From Bacteroidales bacterium (GTDB lineage: Bacteria > Bacteroidota > Bacteroidia > Bacteroidales > JBBRXJ01), in the NCBI GenBank assembly GCA_038248505.1, contig JBBRXJ010000002.1:32048-96047 (forward strand): a stretch of DNA of 64,000 nt, in the 5' to 3' direction. The notes below the pieces were generated by a model. It ran no database searches. It was not told the origin of the DNA and was given only the letters and a program-made list of their open reading frames with translations. Numbering within the stretch: position 1 is the first letter of the stretch; each line of letters starts with the position of its first letter. Below, piece after piece: positions 9,259 through 19,276 of this stretch. The position numbers and the translations under genes are program-made.

Positions 9259-11409
9259 CTACTTAATCGGCATAATCTTACAACCTTCATTAGGAATATC
9301 TTCGCAAATCTTCCCTTTTAATTTAAAATAATGCACGTGATCTTGTTTAATATAATAGGGTAATGACGGCATTAAAATGATATTGCAAGGATTAACTATA
9401 TTATAAATTATTTTCTTTTTGCCGAATAAGACTAAATAATCATATCCTCCAAAATAAACTGAATCTCTATTAAATTTTTCATCTCCTAGTATAAGAAATT
9501 TTATAGAAGAAACTGATAGCGTTTTACTATTATCAAAAAGAGATATCAACTCAATTCCATTCTCAGCAAAAAAATTTGTTTTACTAAGACAGATAAAGGT
9601 ATCTGGCATGCATCTATCCTGAATCCAATGTGATGAAAGAATAAAATGAAGATATGAACGATTGGTTTGATGAGAATTATATATCAAATAATTCTTTCCC
9701 GATTTCTTAATCTCAAAAACAGTTGTTCCCGGAATATTTAAAAAAAGTATTCGCTCACTATTGTGTGCATACAAGCGATTTATAAAAACACTTAGCAATA
9801 ATAAAAGAAATGAGATATTAGCAACAAACCATCCTATTTTACTGCGTTTTACCAAAATAAATATCAATGAGATTAAAAATATATAAAGAATAATCATCTC
9901 AAAATAATTCATTGAAATATTTTTAATTAAACTCATGGGCCATCCATCAATCCATAGTACACTATTTATCATCAAACGAGTTACCCACGCAAGTAAAGGA
10001 GTAATAAACTTGGCAGCTATTGCCACAGGCAATAGTTGTATTAGCAAACCACCCATCATCACTACAAATGATATTGGAATTACAATAAGATTTGCAAAAA
10101 TAAAATAAAGTGGAAAACTATGAAAATAATATAAAATTAATGGTGCAACACCAATTTGAGCTGCAATACTAACACTTACTAGACTTGATAGGTAATTCAA
10201 AATTCTATTTTTTGAACCTATTTTATCAGCAATAAACGGCTCAATTGAAACAATACTAATAACTGCTAAATACGAAAGTTGAAAACCTATATCAAACAAA
10301 TACCATGGATTTAAAACTAATAGGAAGAATGCAGATGCAGCTAGTGAATGATAAATTGTAAGTTCTCTGTGCAATAGTCGCGCCAATAAAATAAATGTAA
10401 ACATAACTACCGCTCTCAGAACGGATGCACTTAAACCAGTAACAAAAGCATAAATATATAATATAATTAAAATAAAAATAACTTTTAAAATCTGTTGCCA
10501 TCCGTAATTTTGCAAAAAGAACAAAAGAGAATTAATAATAAGAAAAAGAACCGCTACATGCATGCCAGATACAGCCAAAACATGCGTCACACCTGTTGAT
10601 GAGAATGCGGATTTAAGTTCTCCATCAATCTCGGAACGTGCACCAAAAACCATTGCCGATACTATCGGAAATTCTCTTCCAGATAAACCTGATTGTAAAA
10701 AACGTTTAGTCAATCGCTCTCTATATTCCGAAGCTTTAGCTTGTAAAACAAAATATTTTCTTTCCGTACATGAATTAATCTGCTTTACCCTAAAACTATA
10801 AAATACATTGCGTGCTGCCCAATACCTCATCATATTAAATTCATGTGGATTTCCATTATTTTTTATCACATTAGCATAGCCCGATAAAGTAATTTCATCA
10901 CCCGAAAATAACATAGGCTGCCCGTGTTGTAGTGAAGTATGAATAAGAACTCTGCGACTACATGATTCAAAAGTATCTCCACATTCAGAAACCTCTTTTA
11001 CCATGGCTAATATCCTTATTCCATTTTTCTTAATTTGAGGCGTTTCAAGAACTACGGCCCTGCAATATAATTTATTCGAATTTCCAAAATATTTTGACGA
11101 TCCATATGGCATAGCATATAGCAATAAATAAGCAGCAGTTGCAATTGTAATATTTACTCCTATTCCAAATACTTTTCGTAAACCATAATTTTTTAATAGC
11201 GGGATAAAAGAAACTGTGAGAACCATAATAATAATAAATATCCCTAATAGAATATAAATTGAGCCTTGAAATGGTATAAAGACGGAAAATAAAATACCAA
11301 CAATAAAAGGAATGAGCACTTTTATTATAGGAACTGACCGAATAATATTAAAAGATGATGGCTTCATACTATAGATACCTGATAAAAGTATAAAAAAATC
11401 AATATCCAA
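9259..11409 (-). CDS. comEC: ComEC/Rec2-family competence channel protein
   Basis: 716 aa, polytopic, with the competence-domain core GVTHVLAVSGMHV. The C-terminal ~170 aa lack an HxHxDH metallo-beta-lactamase motif. Confidence 0.8.
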   Translation of the reverse strand: MDIDFFILLSGIYSMKPSSFNIIRSVPIIKVLIPFIVGILFSVFIPFQGSIYILLGIFIIIMVLTVSFIPLLKNYGLRKVFGIGVNITIATAAYLLLYAMPYGSSKYFGNSNKLYCRAVVLETPQIKKNGIRILAMVKEVSECGDTFESCSRRVLIHTSLQHGQPMLFSGDEITLSGYANVIKNNGNPHEFNMMRYWAARNVFYSFRVKQINSCTERKYFVLQAKASEYRERLTKRFLQSGLSGREFPIVSAMVFGARSEIDGELKSAFSSTGVTHVLAVSGMHVAVLFLIINSLLFFLQNYGWQQILKVIFILIILYIYAFVTGLSASVLRAVVMFTFILLARLLHRELTIYHSLAASAFFLLVLNPWYLFDIGFQLSYLAVISIVSIEPFIADKIGSKNRILNYLSSLVSVSIAAQIGVAPLILYYFHSFPLYFIFANLIVIPISFVVMMGGLLIQLLPVAIAAKFITPLLAWVTRLMINSVLWIDGWPMSLIKNISMNYFEMIILYIFLISLIFILVKRSKIGWFVANISFLLLLLSVFINRLYAHNSERILFLNIPGTTVFEIKKSGKNYLIYNSHQTNRSYLHFILSSHWIQDRCMPDTFICLSKTNFFAENGIELISLFDNSKTLSVSSIKFLILGDEKFNRDSVYFGGYDYLVLFGKKKIIYNIVNPCNIILMPSLPYYIKQDHVHYFKLKGKICEDIPNEGCKIMPIK

Positions 11410-11530
11410 CGATTATTATTAGAGAAACTAATAATAATGAACTTAATTTTAATAATTACACTAGTCTAAATATCATACATTATATTCAAAAAAAGTGTCC
11501 TGAAGTATCATAAACATAATTTTTAAAAGC

Positions 11531-11538
11531 TATATTTG
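11531..11538 (+). promoter_or_regulatory. Candidate Bacteroidota -7 promoter box TATATTTG
   Basis: Exact match to TAnnTTTG, ending 20 nt upstream of the ATG at 11559. No clear -33 TTTG. Confidence 0.35.
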
Positions 11539-11558
11539 AATATAAAAACTATATATAT

Positions 11559-12572
11559 ATGACTCTGCAAACAAAATACATGGGAATTGAGTTGAAGAAC
11601 CCTTTAATAATAGGTGCTAGCAACTTAGTAAGTGATCCAACATATGCTAAAAAGTTGGAACACGCAGGTGCTTCGGCACTCGTATATCGTTCACTTTTTG
11701 AAGAGCAAATACAGCTCGAAAATCTTGAACTGCAAATGACGCGTGAAGAATACACCGAAAGGCACGCAGAAATGCTTACCGTAATGCCTCTCGTAGACCA
11801 TGCTGGACCTGCTGAACATCTTCACAATCTCAAAAAAGTTCGCGATGCTGTCTCAATTCCCCTCTTTGCTAGTTTAAATGCCATTTACAAAGAAACCTGG
11901 ATTGAATATGCAAAAAAACTCGAAGAAGTTGGAGTAAACGGTATTGAATTAAACTTTTACTTTGTCCCTCGCGAGTCTAAATCGGATGGCAAAAGTATTG
12001 AAGACATACAAATAGATATTGTTAAAGCAGTAAAAAAAGAACTTAAAATACCTATAGCCGTTAAATTAAGTCCCTTTTATGCAAACCCATTAAATGTAGT
12101 AAGTCAAATGGATGCTGCTGGTGCAAATGCTTTTGTTCTATTTAATAGACTCATGCAACCTGATATTGACATAGAAACCATTTCGCATACTGTTAATTTA
12201 AATCTCAGCAACAAAGAAGACAATAAACTCTCATTACGTTATGCTGGATTATTACATGGTTCTATAAATGGTTCTATTTGTAGTAATAGTGGCATTTATT
12301 CCAGCGCTGATGTAATAAAAATGATTCTTGCGGGTGCTGATTGTGTTCAAATAGTAAGTGCTATTTATGAAAATGGAGCAGCACATATTGGAAAAATACT
12401 AAATGAAATGGAGCAATGGATGAGTAAAAAGAATATTTCCTCTTTAAATGATTTTAAAGGAAAATTATCATATAAAAATGTTAACGATCCTTTTATTTAT
12501 AAACGTGCACAATACATTGATATGCTCATGAAAAAATCTCAAGACGTAATGAAAACATACGGCATGAGATAA
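11559..12572 (+). CDS. Dihydroorotate dehydrogenase-like TIM-barrel flavoprotein (paralog, probably not a true PyrD)
   Basis: 337 aa. The overall PyrD/PreA-like pattern is present (LKNPLIIGAS, AVKLSP, GIYSSADVIKMILAGADCVQIVSA). At the catalytic loop it reads ELNFYFVP instead of NLSCPN. Confidence 0.7.
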   Translation: MTLQTKYMGIELKNPLIIGASNLVSDPTYAKKLEHAGASALVYRSLFEEQIQLENLELQMTREEYTERHAEMLTVMPLVDHAGPAEHLHNLKKVRDAVSIPLFASLNAIYKETWIEYAKKLEEVGVNGIELNFYFVPRESKSDGKSIEDIQIDIVKAVKKELKIPIAVKLSPFYANPLNVVSQMDAAGANAFVLFNRLMQPDIDIETISHTVNLNLSNKEDNKLSLRYAGLLHGSINGSICSNSGIYSSADVIKMILAGADCVQIVSAIYENGAAHIGKILNEMEQWMSKKNISSLNDFKGKLSYKNVNDPFIYKRAQYIDMLMKKSQDVMKTYGMR

Positions 12573-12583
12573 AAAATGGTTAT

Positions 12584-13141
12584 CTAAACTGAAGGGATGG
12601 CAACTTTATACTTAGCTTCGGCTTTCCCTTTAGTTATAGCCGTTAACCTACCTTGCAAAAGTTTTCGCTTTAAAGAAGCAAGGTGATCAACAAAAAGTAC
12701 GCCTTCCAGATGATCATATTCATGCTGAATAATTCTTGCCTTATATCCTGATAATTCCTCAGTTTGTTTAACAAATGAGCCATCATAATACTCAATTAAA
12801 ATTGTATCCTGTCGCTCAACTTCCTCCCGTATACCGGGTAAACTCAAACATCCTTCACTAATAAGCGATGTTTCGCCTTTACGTTCAATAATTCTAGGAT
12901 TAATTAAAACTCCTATAAAATCTTTTAACGAAGGATCATCCTCAGACATACAATCGGCATCATAAACTATAAGACGTATTGAATGACCAATTTGTGGTGC
13001 AGCCAAACCAAGACCTTCAGCTTTATACATGGTCTCAAACATATTATCTATAAGCTTTTGCAAACCCAGATAATCGGCATCAATTTCTTTAGCTGTTTTC
13101 CGCAATACAGCGGCTCCATATATTTGTATGGGCAATATCAT
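12584..13141 (-). CDS. def: Peptide deformylase
   Basis: 185 aa with the GLAAPQ, EGCLSLPG and HEYDHLEG motifs. Confidence 0.95.
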   Translation of the reverse strand: MILPIQIYGAAVLRKTAKEIDADYLGLQKLIDNMFETMYKAEGLGLAAPQIGHSIRLIVYDADCMSEDDPSLKDFIGVLINPRIIERKGETSLISEGCLSLPGIREEVERQDTILIEYYDGSFVKQTEELSGYKARIIQHEYDHLEGVLFVDHLASLKRKLLQGRLTAITKGKAEAKYKVAIPSV

Positions 13142-13143
13142 AT

Positions 13144-13584
13144 TTATAAAAATCTATTTTTCTTTTCTAAAAAACTTTGTAATATCAACGAAGCACTAAC
13201 TCGGTCAATTGTTGCTTTATCACGTCGTGCCATTTTTTTTAATCCTCCATCAATCATGGCTTGTACCGCCATTTTTGAAGTGAAGCGCTCATCCATAGTA
13301 AAAACGGGACAATTGGGGTATTTATTTTTTAACTCCTCAATAAAAGGTAGAATATATTTCACCGATTCAGATGGTTGATTATTCATTTTGGTAGGCATGC
13401 CAACAACAAACGAATCCACAACTTCCTTTTTGGTATAAATAGCCAAATACTCCCATATCTTTTTTCGTTCGACCGTATCAAGCGTAGTCGCAATAATTTG
13501 CAGCGGATCGGTAACTGCTAGTCCAATCCTTTTCTGCCCATAATCTATAGCTAGTATTCTACCCAAAAAAATAAAGGGTGACAC
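13144..13584 (-). CDS. ruvX: Holliday-junction resolvase-like RuvX/YqgF
   Basis: Contains RILAIDYGQKRIGLAVTD. The track start (GTG at 13584) lies inside the PFOR terminator hairpin. A TTG at 13566, giving MGRILAIDYG, is the more likely start. Confidence 0.85.
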   Translation of the reverse strand: MSPFIFLGRILAIDYGQKRIGLAVTDPLQIIATTLDTVERKKIWEYLAIYTKKEVVDSFVVGMPTKMNNQPSESVKYILPFIEELKNKYPNCPVFTMDERFTSKMAVQAMIDGGLKKMARRDKATIDRVSASLILQSFLEKKNRFL

Positions 13585-13594
13585 GAGGTCACCC
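13565..13594 (-). terminator. Rho-independent terminator after the PFOR gene
   Basis: Stem GGGTGAC (13576-13582) / GTCACCC (13588-13594) with a 5-nt loop. On the minus strand it is followed by TTTATTTTTTT. Confidence 0.7.
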
Positions 13595-13606
13595 TTATTT
13601 ATTTAA

Positions 13607-16600
13607 TTATACAGGAACAGTTGTTGCAGCAAGTCGTTTGTAGCTATTATAGCGCCACAAAGCATTTTCTTTTGCAAGCTTAAATAATCTATCCGCTTCA
13701 GCTGGGAATGATTTTTTAAGTGAGGTATAACGAACTTCACTATTTAAAAATCCTTCAAAATTATCCCAAACAGGTTCTTTTGAATCAAGTAAGAAAGGAT
13801 TCTGTCCTTGTGATTCCAACATAGGATTGTAACGGAACAAATGCCAGTATCCGCATTCAACTGCCAAATTTCCTTCTTCCTGCGTTTTACCCATACCATT
13901 TCGTAAACCATGGTTAATACAAGGTGAATATGCAATAATTAATGATGGTCCAGGATATGCTTCAGCTTCTTTTAATGCCTTGAAGTACTGTGATTGATTA
14001 GCACCCATTGAAACTTGAGCAACATAAACATAACCATAACTCATGGCCATCATTCCTAAATCCTTCTTTTTGGTTTTTTTACCAGCCGTTGCAAACTTAG
14101 CAACTGCACCAGCAGCCGTTGATTTAGATGATTGACCTCCCGTGTTTGAATACACTTCGGTATCCATAACAAGAACATTTATATCTTCACCAGATGCAAG
14201 AACGTGATCTAAACCACCAAAACCAATATCATATGCCCATCCGTCACCACCAAATACCCACATTGATTTTTTCACGAGATATTGTTTCAGTGTAAGAATT
14301 TCTTTTGCAAATGAATCATTTGTTTTTTCGAGAATTGCAATAAGTTTTTCAGATGCTCCTTTTGATTTCTCTCCATCAGCATAATTATCGAGCCACTCTT
14401 GACAAGCTGCTTTTAAATCTGCTTGCATAGTACCTTTCATTGCAACATCCATGCGTTGTACAATACGCTCACGCATTTTGTTTACACCCATTGCCATTCC
14501 GTAACCGTACTCAGCATTATCCTCAAAGAGTGAATTGGCCCATGCAGGTCCACAACCATTTTTATTTGTTGTATAAGGAGTAGCAGGCGCTGAACCACCA
14601 TATATTGATGAACATCCTGTTGCATTTGCAACCATCATTCGATCACCATATAATTGAGTGATGAGCTTAATGTAAGGGGTTTCGCCACAACCAGCGCATG
14701 CACCACTGAACTCAAACAATGGTTGAGCAAACTGACTGTTCTTTATATTTGCATCTTTTGGTAATACAGTATCTTTGTATCCCACTTTTTTAATCATATA
14801 CTCCCATGGTTTTTCTTGCTCAAGTTGTGAGGCAAGAGGTTTCATCACAAGAGCTTTAGTTTTAGCAGGGCAAACATCAGCACAATTGCTGCAACCAGTG
14901 CAATCAAGTGGACTAATTTGTATACTAAAATTGTAATCTTTTATTTGCGCTTTACCAGCAGCACTTTTTGTACCAGCAGGTGCATTCTTAAGCTCATCAG
15001 CTGTTAATAAGAAAGGACGAATAACGGCATGAGGACAAACATAGGCACATTGATTACACTGAATACAATTTTCAGGTAACCATTCAGGAACGTTTACCGC
15101 AATACCACGTTTTTCAAATTCGGTTGTACCAGCGGGGAATGTACCATCTTCGCGGCCTACAAAAGCACTTACAGGAAGTGTATCACCTTTTAAACCATTA
15201 ATTACATCGGCAATATTTGTAATAAATTCAGGAACGCTACGTGATGATTTCTCTGCAACCACGTTAATGTTTTTCCAGTCAGCTGGAACGTCCATTTGCT
15301 GTATGTTCATGCCGCCTTTATCAACAGCTGCATTATTCATTGTAATTATATCTTCTCCTTTTTTACCATACGATTTCTGTATTGCTTTTTTCATTGCATC
15401 AACCGCTTTATCATAAGGAATAACGCCTGAAATTTTAAAGAATGCAGCTTGTAAAATTGTATTGGTACGGTTACCCAAACCAAGATCTTCTGCAATTTGT
15501 GTTGCGTTTATGATAAATACTTTAATATTCTTTTCAGCAAGTACCTTCTTCATTGAATCAGGGATACGCTTTTTTGTTTCTTCAACGTCCCACAAACTGT
15601 TGAGAAGAAAAGTACCGTTTTTCTTAATGCCTGCTAACAAATCATACTTATCGAGATAAGAAGGAACATGACATGCAACAAAATCAGGATTATTAACCAA
15701 ATAAGTTGAACGAATTGGTTCATCTCCTGAACGAAGATGCGAAATGGTTATACCTCCTGATTTCTTTGAATCATAAGCGAAGTAAGCTTGTACATATTTA
15801 TCGGTTGAATCACCAATAATTTTAATTGAATTCTTGTTTGCTCCAACCGTTCCATCTGAACCTAATCCGAAAAATTTAGCTTCATACAATCCAGCAGGGG
15901 TTACTGTTAATTCTTCTGCTGAAACAGGAAGTGATTTAAATGTAACATCATCAACAATACCAACAGTAAATTGGTTTTTAGGTTCTGGTAATTTAAGATT
16001 ATTAAATACCGACATCATTTGAGCAGGCGTAGTATCTTTTGAACTCAATCCATAACGACCACCAACGATTAATGGCTTATTGGCTTTTTCATAGAAAATG
16101 TCACGAATATCAAGATATAATGGATCACCATTAGCTCCAATTTCTTTGGTACGATCTAAAACAGTAATACGTTTTACAGTTGATGGCATTACCTTGTAGA
16201 AATATTTAGCTGAGAATGGTCTGTACAAATGACATGAGATGAGACCTACTTTCTCTCCTTTTTTATTCAAATAATCAACAACTTCTTGTATCGTTTCGGT
16301 AACACTACCCATAGCAACAATAATGTTTTCAGCATCCTTGGCACCATAATAGGTAAATGGATGATATTCACGACCTGTTAGTTTAGTTATTTCAGCCATA
16401 TATTGATCAACAATATCAGCAACAGGCTCATAGAATTTATTACATGCTTCCTTGGCTTGAAAGAAAATATCTGGGTTTTGAGCAGTACCTCTAGTAACAG
16501 GATGCTCCGGATTTAAAGCTCTATCGCGGAATGCTTGTAACTCTTTCATGTCAACCAATGGAGCAAGATGCTCTTTTTCAAGAACCTCTATCTTTTGTAC

Positions 16601-17140
16601 TTCATGTGATGAACGGAAACCATCAAAGAAATGTAAGAAAGGAACTCGTGATTTTATGGCAGTTAAATGGGCTACCCCAGCTAAATCCATGATCTGCTGA
16701 ACACTACCTGATGCTAACATAGCAAAACCTGTTTGACGCGTTGAATAAACGTCGCCATGGTCACCAAAGATAGATAAGGCATGAGAAGCTAAAGTACGAG
16801 CGGTAACATGAAAAACTCCTGGTAATAACTCACCAGCAATTTTATACATATTTGGAATCATCAATAATAGACCCTGAGACGCTGTAAATGTTGTTGTTAG
16901 AGCACCTGCTTGAAGTGAACCATGTAAAGCACCTGCTGCACCACCTTCACTTTGCATTTCTGTTACCTTTACTGGATCGCCAAATATATTGGTTTGACCA
17001 TAGGCAGCCCACTCATCGGCATATTCAGCCATAGTTGATGATGGGGTAATAGGATAAATGGCAGCTACTTCACTAAACATGTAGGCTATATGCGCTGCTG
17101 CATAGTTACCATCGCAGGTAACAAATTTCTTTTTACTCAT
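13607..17140 (-). CDS. nifJ: Pyruvate:ferredoxin (flavodoxin) oxidoreductase, single-polypeptide type
   Basis: 1177 aa with two ferredoxin CxxCxxCxxxCP motifs (CIQCNQCAYVCP and CTGCSNCADVCP) and a ThDP-binding GGDGWAYDIG. Confidence 0.95.
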   Translation of the reverse strand: MSKKKFVTCDGNYAAAHIAYMFSEVAAIYPITPSSTMAEYADEWAAYGQTNIFGDPVKVTEMQSEGGAAGALHGSLQAGALTTTFTASQGLLLMIPNMYKIAGELLPGVFHVTARTLASHALSIFGDHGDVYSTRQTGFAMLASGSVQQIMDLAGVAHLTAIKSRVPFLHFFDGFRSSHEVQKIEVLEKEHLAPLVDMKELQAFRDRALNPEHPVTRGTAQNPDIFFQAKEACNKFYEPVADIVDQYMAEITKLTGREYHPFTYYGAKDAENIIVAMGSVTETIQEVVDYLNKKGEKVGLISCHLYRPFSAKYFYKVMPSTVKRITVLDRTKEIGANGDPLYLDIRDIFYEKANKPLIVGGRYGLSSKDTTPAQMMSVFNNLKLPEPKNQFTVGIVDDVTFKSLPVSAEELTVTPAGLYEAKFFGLGSDGTVGANKNSIKIIGDSTDKYVQAYFAYDSKKSGGITISHLRSGDEPIRSTYLVNNPDFVACHVPSYLDKYDLLAGIKKNGTFLLNSLWDVEETKKRIPDSMKKVLAEKNIKVFIINATQIAEDLGLGNRTNTILQAAFFKISGVIPYDKAVDAMKKAIQKSYGKKGEDIITMNNAAVDKGGMNIQQMDVPADWKNINVVAEKSSRSVPEFITNIADVINGLKGDTLPVSAFVGREDGTFPAGTTEFEKRGIAVNVPEWLPENCIQCNQCAYVCPHAVIRPFLLTADELKNAPAGTKSAAGKAQIKDYNFSIQISPLDCTGCSNCADVCPAKTKALVMKPLASQLEQEKPWEYMIKKVGYKDTVLPKDANIKNSQFAQPLFEFSGACAGCGETPYIKLITQLYGDRMMVANATGCSSIYGGSAPATPYTTNKNGCGPAWANSLFEDNAEYGYGMAMGVNKMRERIVQRMDVAMKGTMQADLKAACQEWLDNYADGEKSKGASEKLIAILEKTNDSFAKEILTLKQYLVKKSMWVFGGDGWAYDIGFGGLDHVLASGEDINVLVMDTEVYSNTGGQSSKSTAAGAVAKFATAGKKTKKKDLGMMAMSYGYVYVAQVSMGANQSQYFKALKEAEAYPGPSLIIAYSPCINHGLRNGMGKTQEEGNLAVECGYWHLFRYNPMLESQGQNPFLLDSKEPVWDNFEGFLNSEVRYTSLKKSFPAEADRLFKLAKENALWRYNSYKRLAATTVPV

Positions 17141-17265
17141 CTTTTATTTATTTAATTGATAATCAGTAGACTAATATTTAAAAATGATATGTAAATGTAC
17201 CTAAAAACTAAATATTTGACTTATTTTTCACATTAATTATATAGCGAAAAAGCTATTTACTTATA

Positions 17266-17300
17266 AAAACAAAAAAATGCGAGGAGTACCCGCATTTTTC
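17266..17300 (-). terminator. Rho-independent terminator after rho
   Basis: On the minus strand, AAAAATGCGGGTACTCCTCGCATTTTTTTGTTTTT: a GC-containing bulged stem followed by a long T-tract, beginning directly after the stop at 17302. Confidence 0.6.
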
Positions 17301-17301
17301 T

Positions 17302-18888
17302 TTATTCATCATTCATTGATATGAGAAATTCTTCATTTGTTTTCGTTCGCATAATTTTATCTCCCAAAAATTCCATGGCCTCTAACGAGGTCATATCTGA
17401 AAGATATTTTCGCATGATCCATATTTTATCAAGCCATTCTTTCTCTACAAGTAAATCTTCACGCCGTGTACTTGATGCATTCAAATCAACAGCTGGATAC
17501 ATACGACGGTTTGATAATTTACGGTCGAGCTGCAACTCCATATTACCCGTTCCCTTAAACTCTTCAAAAATCACATCATCCATTTTAGATCCTGTTTCAG
17601 TAAGTGCAGTAGCGAGAATGGTGAGAGAACCCCCATTTTCAATATTACGTGCTGCACCAAAAAAACGTTTGGGTTTATGTAATGCATTTGCATCTACCCC
17701 TCCTGAGAGTACTTTACCTGATGCTGGAGACACAGTATTATATGCGCGCGCCAAACGTGTTATTGAGTCTAATAAAATAACAACATCATGTCCGCACTCA
17801 ACTAATCTTTTTGCTTTTTCAAGTACAATATTTGCCACCTTCACATGGCGATCGGCAGGCTCATCAAAAGTAGAGGATATAACTTCACCATTAACGCTAC
17901 GAGCCATATCAGTAACCTCTTCTGGACGCTCATCAATCAATAAAATAATAAGATAAACTTCAGGATGATTGCGAGCTATTGCATTTGCTATTTCTTTTAA
18001 TAATGTTGTTTTACCCGTCTTTGGTTGTGCAACTATTAATCCACGTTGTCCTTTACCAATAGGAGTAAACATATCAATAACACGAATAGATAAATTATTT
18101 TCACCGTTACCTACTAGCGTAAATTTTTCATTAGGAAACAATGGTGTTAAATACTCAAATGATACTCGGTCACGAATAAAATCAGGGGTACGTCCATTTA
18201 TTTCTTCTATCTTAATAAGTGGAAAATATTTTTCACCCTCTTTAGGTGGACGAATTGTTCCAATAATTGTATCGCCAGTTTTTAATCCGAAAAGTTTAAC
18301 CTGCGATTGAGAAACATAAATATCATCAGGTGAATTAAAAAAGTTATAATCAGCACTTCGTAAAAAGCCATAACCATCGGGCATTATCTCAAGTACTCCG
18401 TGGTTACGAACAATTCCGTCAAAGTCATAATTATACCGCATACTTTCATTGCGTCTCTCATTATTTTGCGGAAAACGCCGTCCTTGATTCTGATTATTAT
18501 CAGCCTTAGGATCTACTGAACGTGATGGGTTTTCCTCTTCGCTTTGTGGTGTCTGTGGCTTTTCTTCAATAATTGGCTCTTCAATAATTGGCTCAGCCTC
18601 AATATTAACAGGCTCTTCTTGCGCTTCAAAAGTAGCATTTGATTCTTCATGAATACTTTGTGGTAAATCAAGAATTGGAGACTCATCAATTGCTGCTTCT
18701 TTTCGTGGAATAGTTGGCACAAATACAGGAATCGGTTTACCTTCTTCAAGCATTATTTTTTGCGTTTCCAAAATCCGGTCGGCCAAATCTTGCTTCTTCA
18801 TTATTTCAACTCTTTTAATGCCTAGTTGCTTTGCAAAATCACGCAAATCAAATAATCGCATCTTGCTCAGATCTTCACTTTGATACAT
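17302..18888 (-). CDS. rho: Transcription termination factor Rho with a ~110-aa N-terminal insertion
   Basis: 528 aa. Walker [12 protein letters not shown], Rho RNA-binding domain [14 protein letters not shown], and an acidic/Pro-rich then N/Q/R-rich insert at about aa 46-160. Confidence 0.95.
   Translation of the reverse strand: MYQSEDLSKMRLFDLRDFAKQLGIKRVEIMKKQDLADRILETQKIMLEEGKPIPVFVPTIPRKEAAIDESPILDLPQSIHEESNATFEAQEEPVNIEAEPIIEEPIIEEKPQTPQSEEENPSRSVDPKADNNQNQGRRFPQNNERRNESMRYNYDFDGIVRNHGVLEIMPDGYGFLRSADYNFFNSPDDIYVSQSQVKLFGLKTGDTIIGTIRPPKEGEKYFPLIKIEEINGRTPDFIRDRVSFEYLTPLFPNEKFTLVGNGENNLSIRVIDMFTPIGKGQRGLIVAQPKTGKTTLLKEIANAIARNHPEVYLIILLIDERPEEVTDMARSVNGEVISSTFDEPADRHVKVANIVLEKAKRLVECGHDVVILLDSITRLARAYNTVSPASGKVLSGGVDANALHKPKRFFGAARNIENGGSLTILATALTETGSKMDDVIFEEFKGTGNMELQLDRKLSNRRMYPAVDLNASSTRREDLLVEKEWLDKIWIMRKYLSDMTSLEAMEFLGDKIMRTKTNEEFLISMNDE
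18564..18593 (-). repeat. Perfect in-frame 15-nt tandem duplication inside the rho insertion region
   Basis: Plus strand CTTCAATAATTGGCT x2, encoding [10 protein letters not shown]. Confidence 0.9.
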
Positions 18889-19145
18889 AAATAATAAATT
18901 GGATTATTATGGATGGAAATTAGAAATAACGATAAAAGGGGGATTGTTTGAGAGGATATTATAATACAATATTAGTGTTTTTTAAGCAATTCAACAAATA
19001 ATGCCATTAAAAAACTTTAGTATTCATGTCTAAATTTTAAGAGACAATAATAATAGAGTAAACGACATTATATTTAGTAATCCTTTTTAAATAAGGTCAA
19101 AGTATCTGAAAATAAATACAATTGAAATCATTTTTAGAAGGAATG

Positions 19146-19216
19146 TTGTCCGACCAGGATTCGAACCTGGGCAGGCAGAATCAAAATCTGCAGTGCTACC
19201 GTTACACCATCGGACA
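19146..19216 (-). tRNA. tRNA-Gln (anticodon TTG)
   Basis: Reverse complement TGTCCGATGGTGTAACGGTAGCACTGCAGATTTTGATTCTGC...CCAGGTTCGAATCCTGGTCGGACAA. Acceptor TGTCCGA/TCGGACA, anticodon loop TTTTGAT. Confidence 0.9.
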
Positions 19217-19276
19217 AAGTGAGGCGCAAATTTATACAAAAAAAAATAACCACATGAAAAAACTTCTGATTTGTTC

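Noticed and set aside
12983-13378. 131-aa plus-strand ORF spanning the def/ruvX junction
   Set aside because: It is antisense to two well-supported genes.
17321-18310. Long plus-strand ORFs (211 aa and 113 aa) antisense to rho
   Set aside because: They lie entirely within a confidently identified gene, have low-complexity Ser/Arg-rich products and no motifs. This is the typical antisense-frame artefact.
18564-18593. Short tandem repeats at 18564-18593 and 38710-38733 as a possible CRISPR or minisatellite array
   Set aside because: There are only two copies each and no spacer structure. One pair is in frame inside rho. I saw no CRISPR-like array anywhere in the window.
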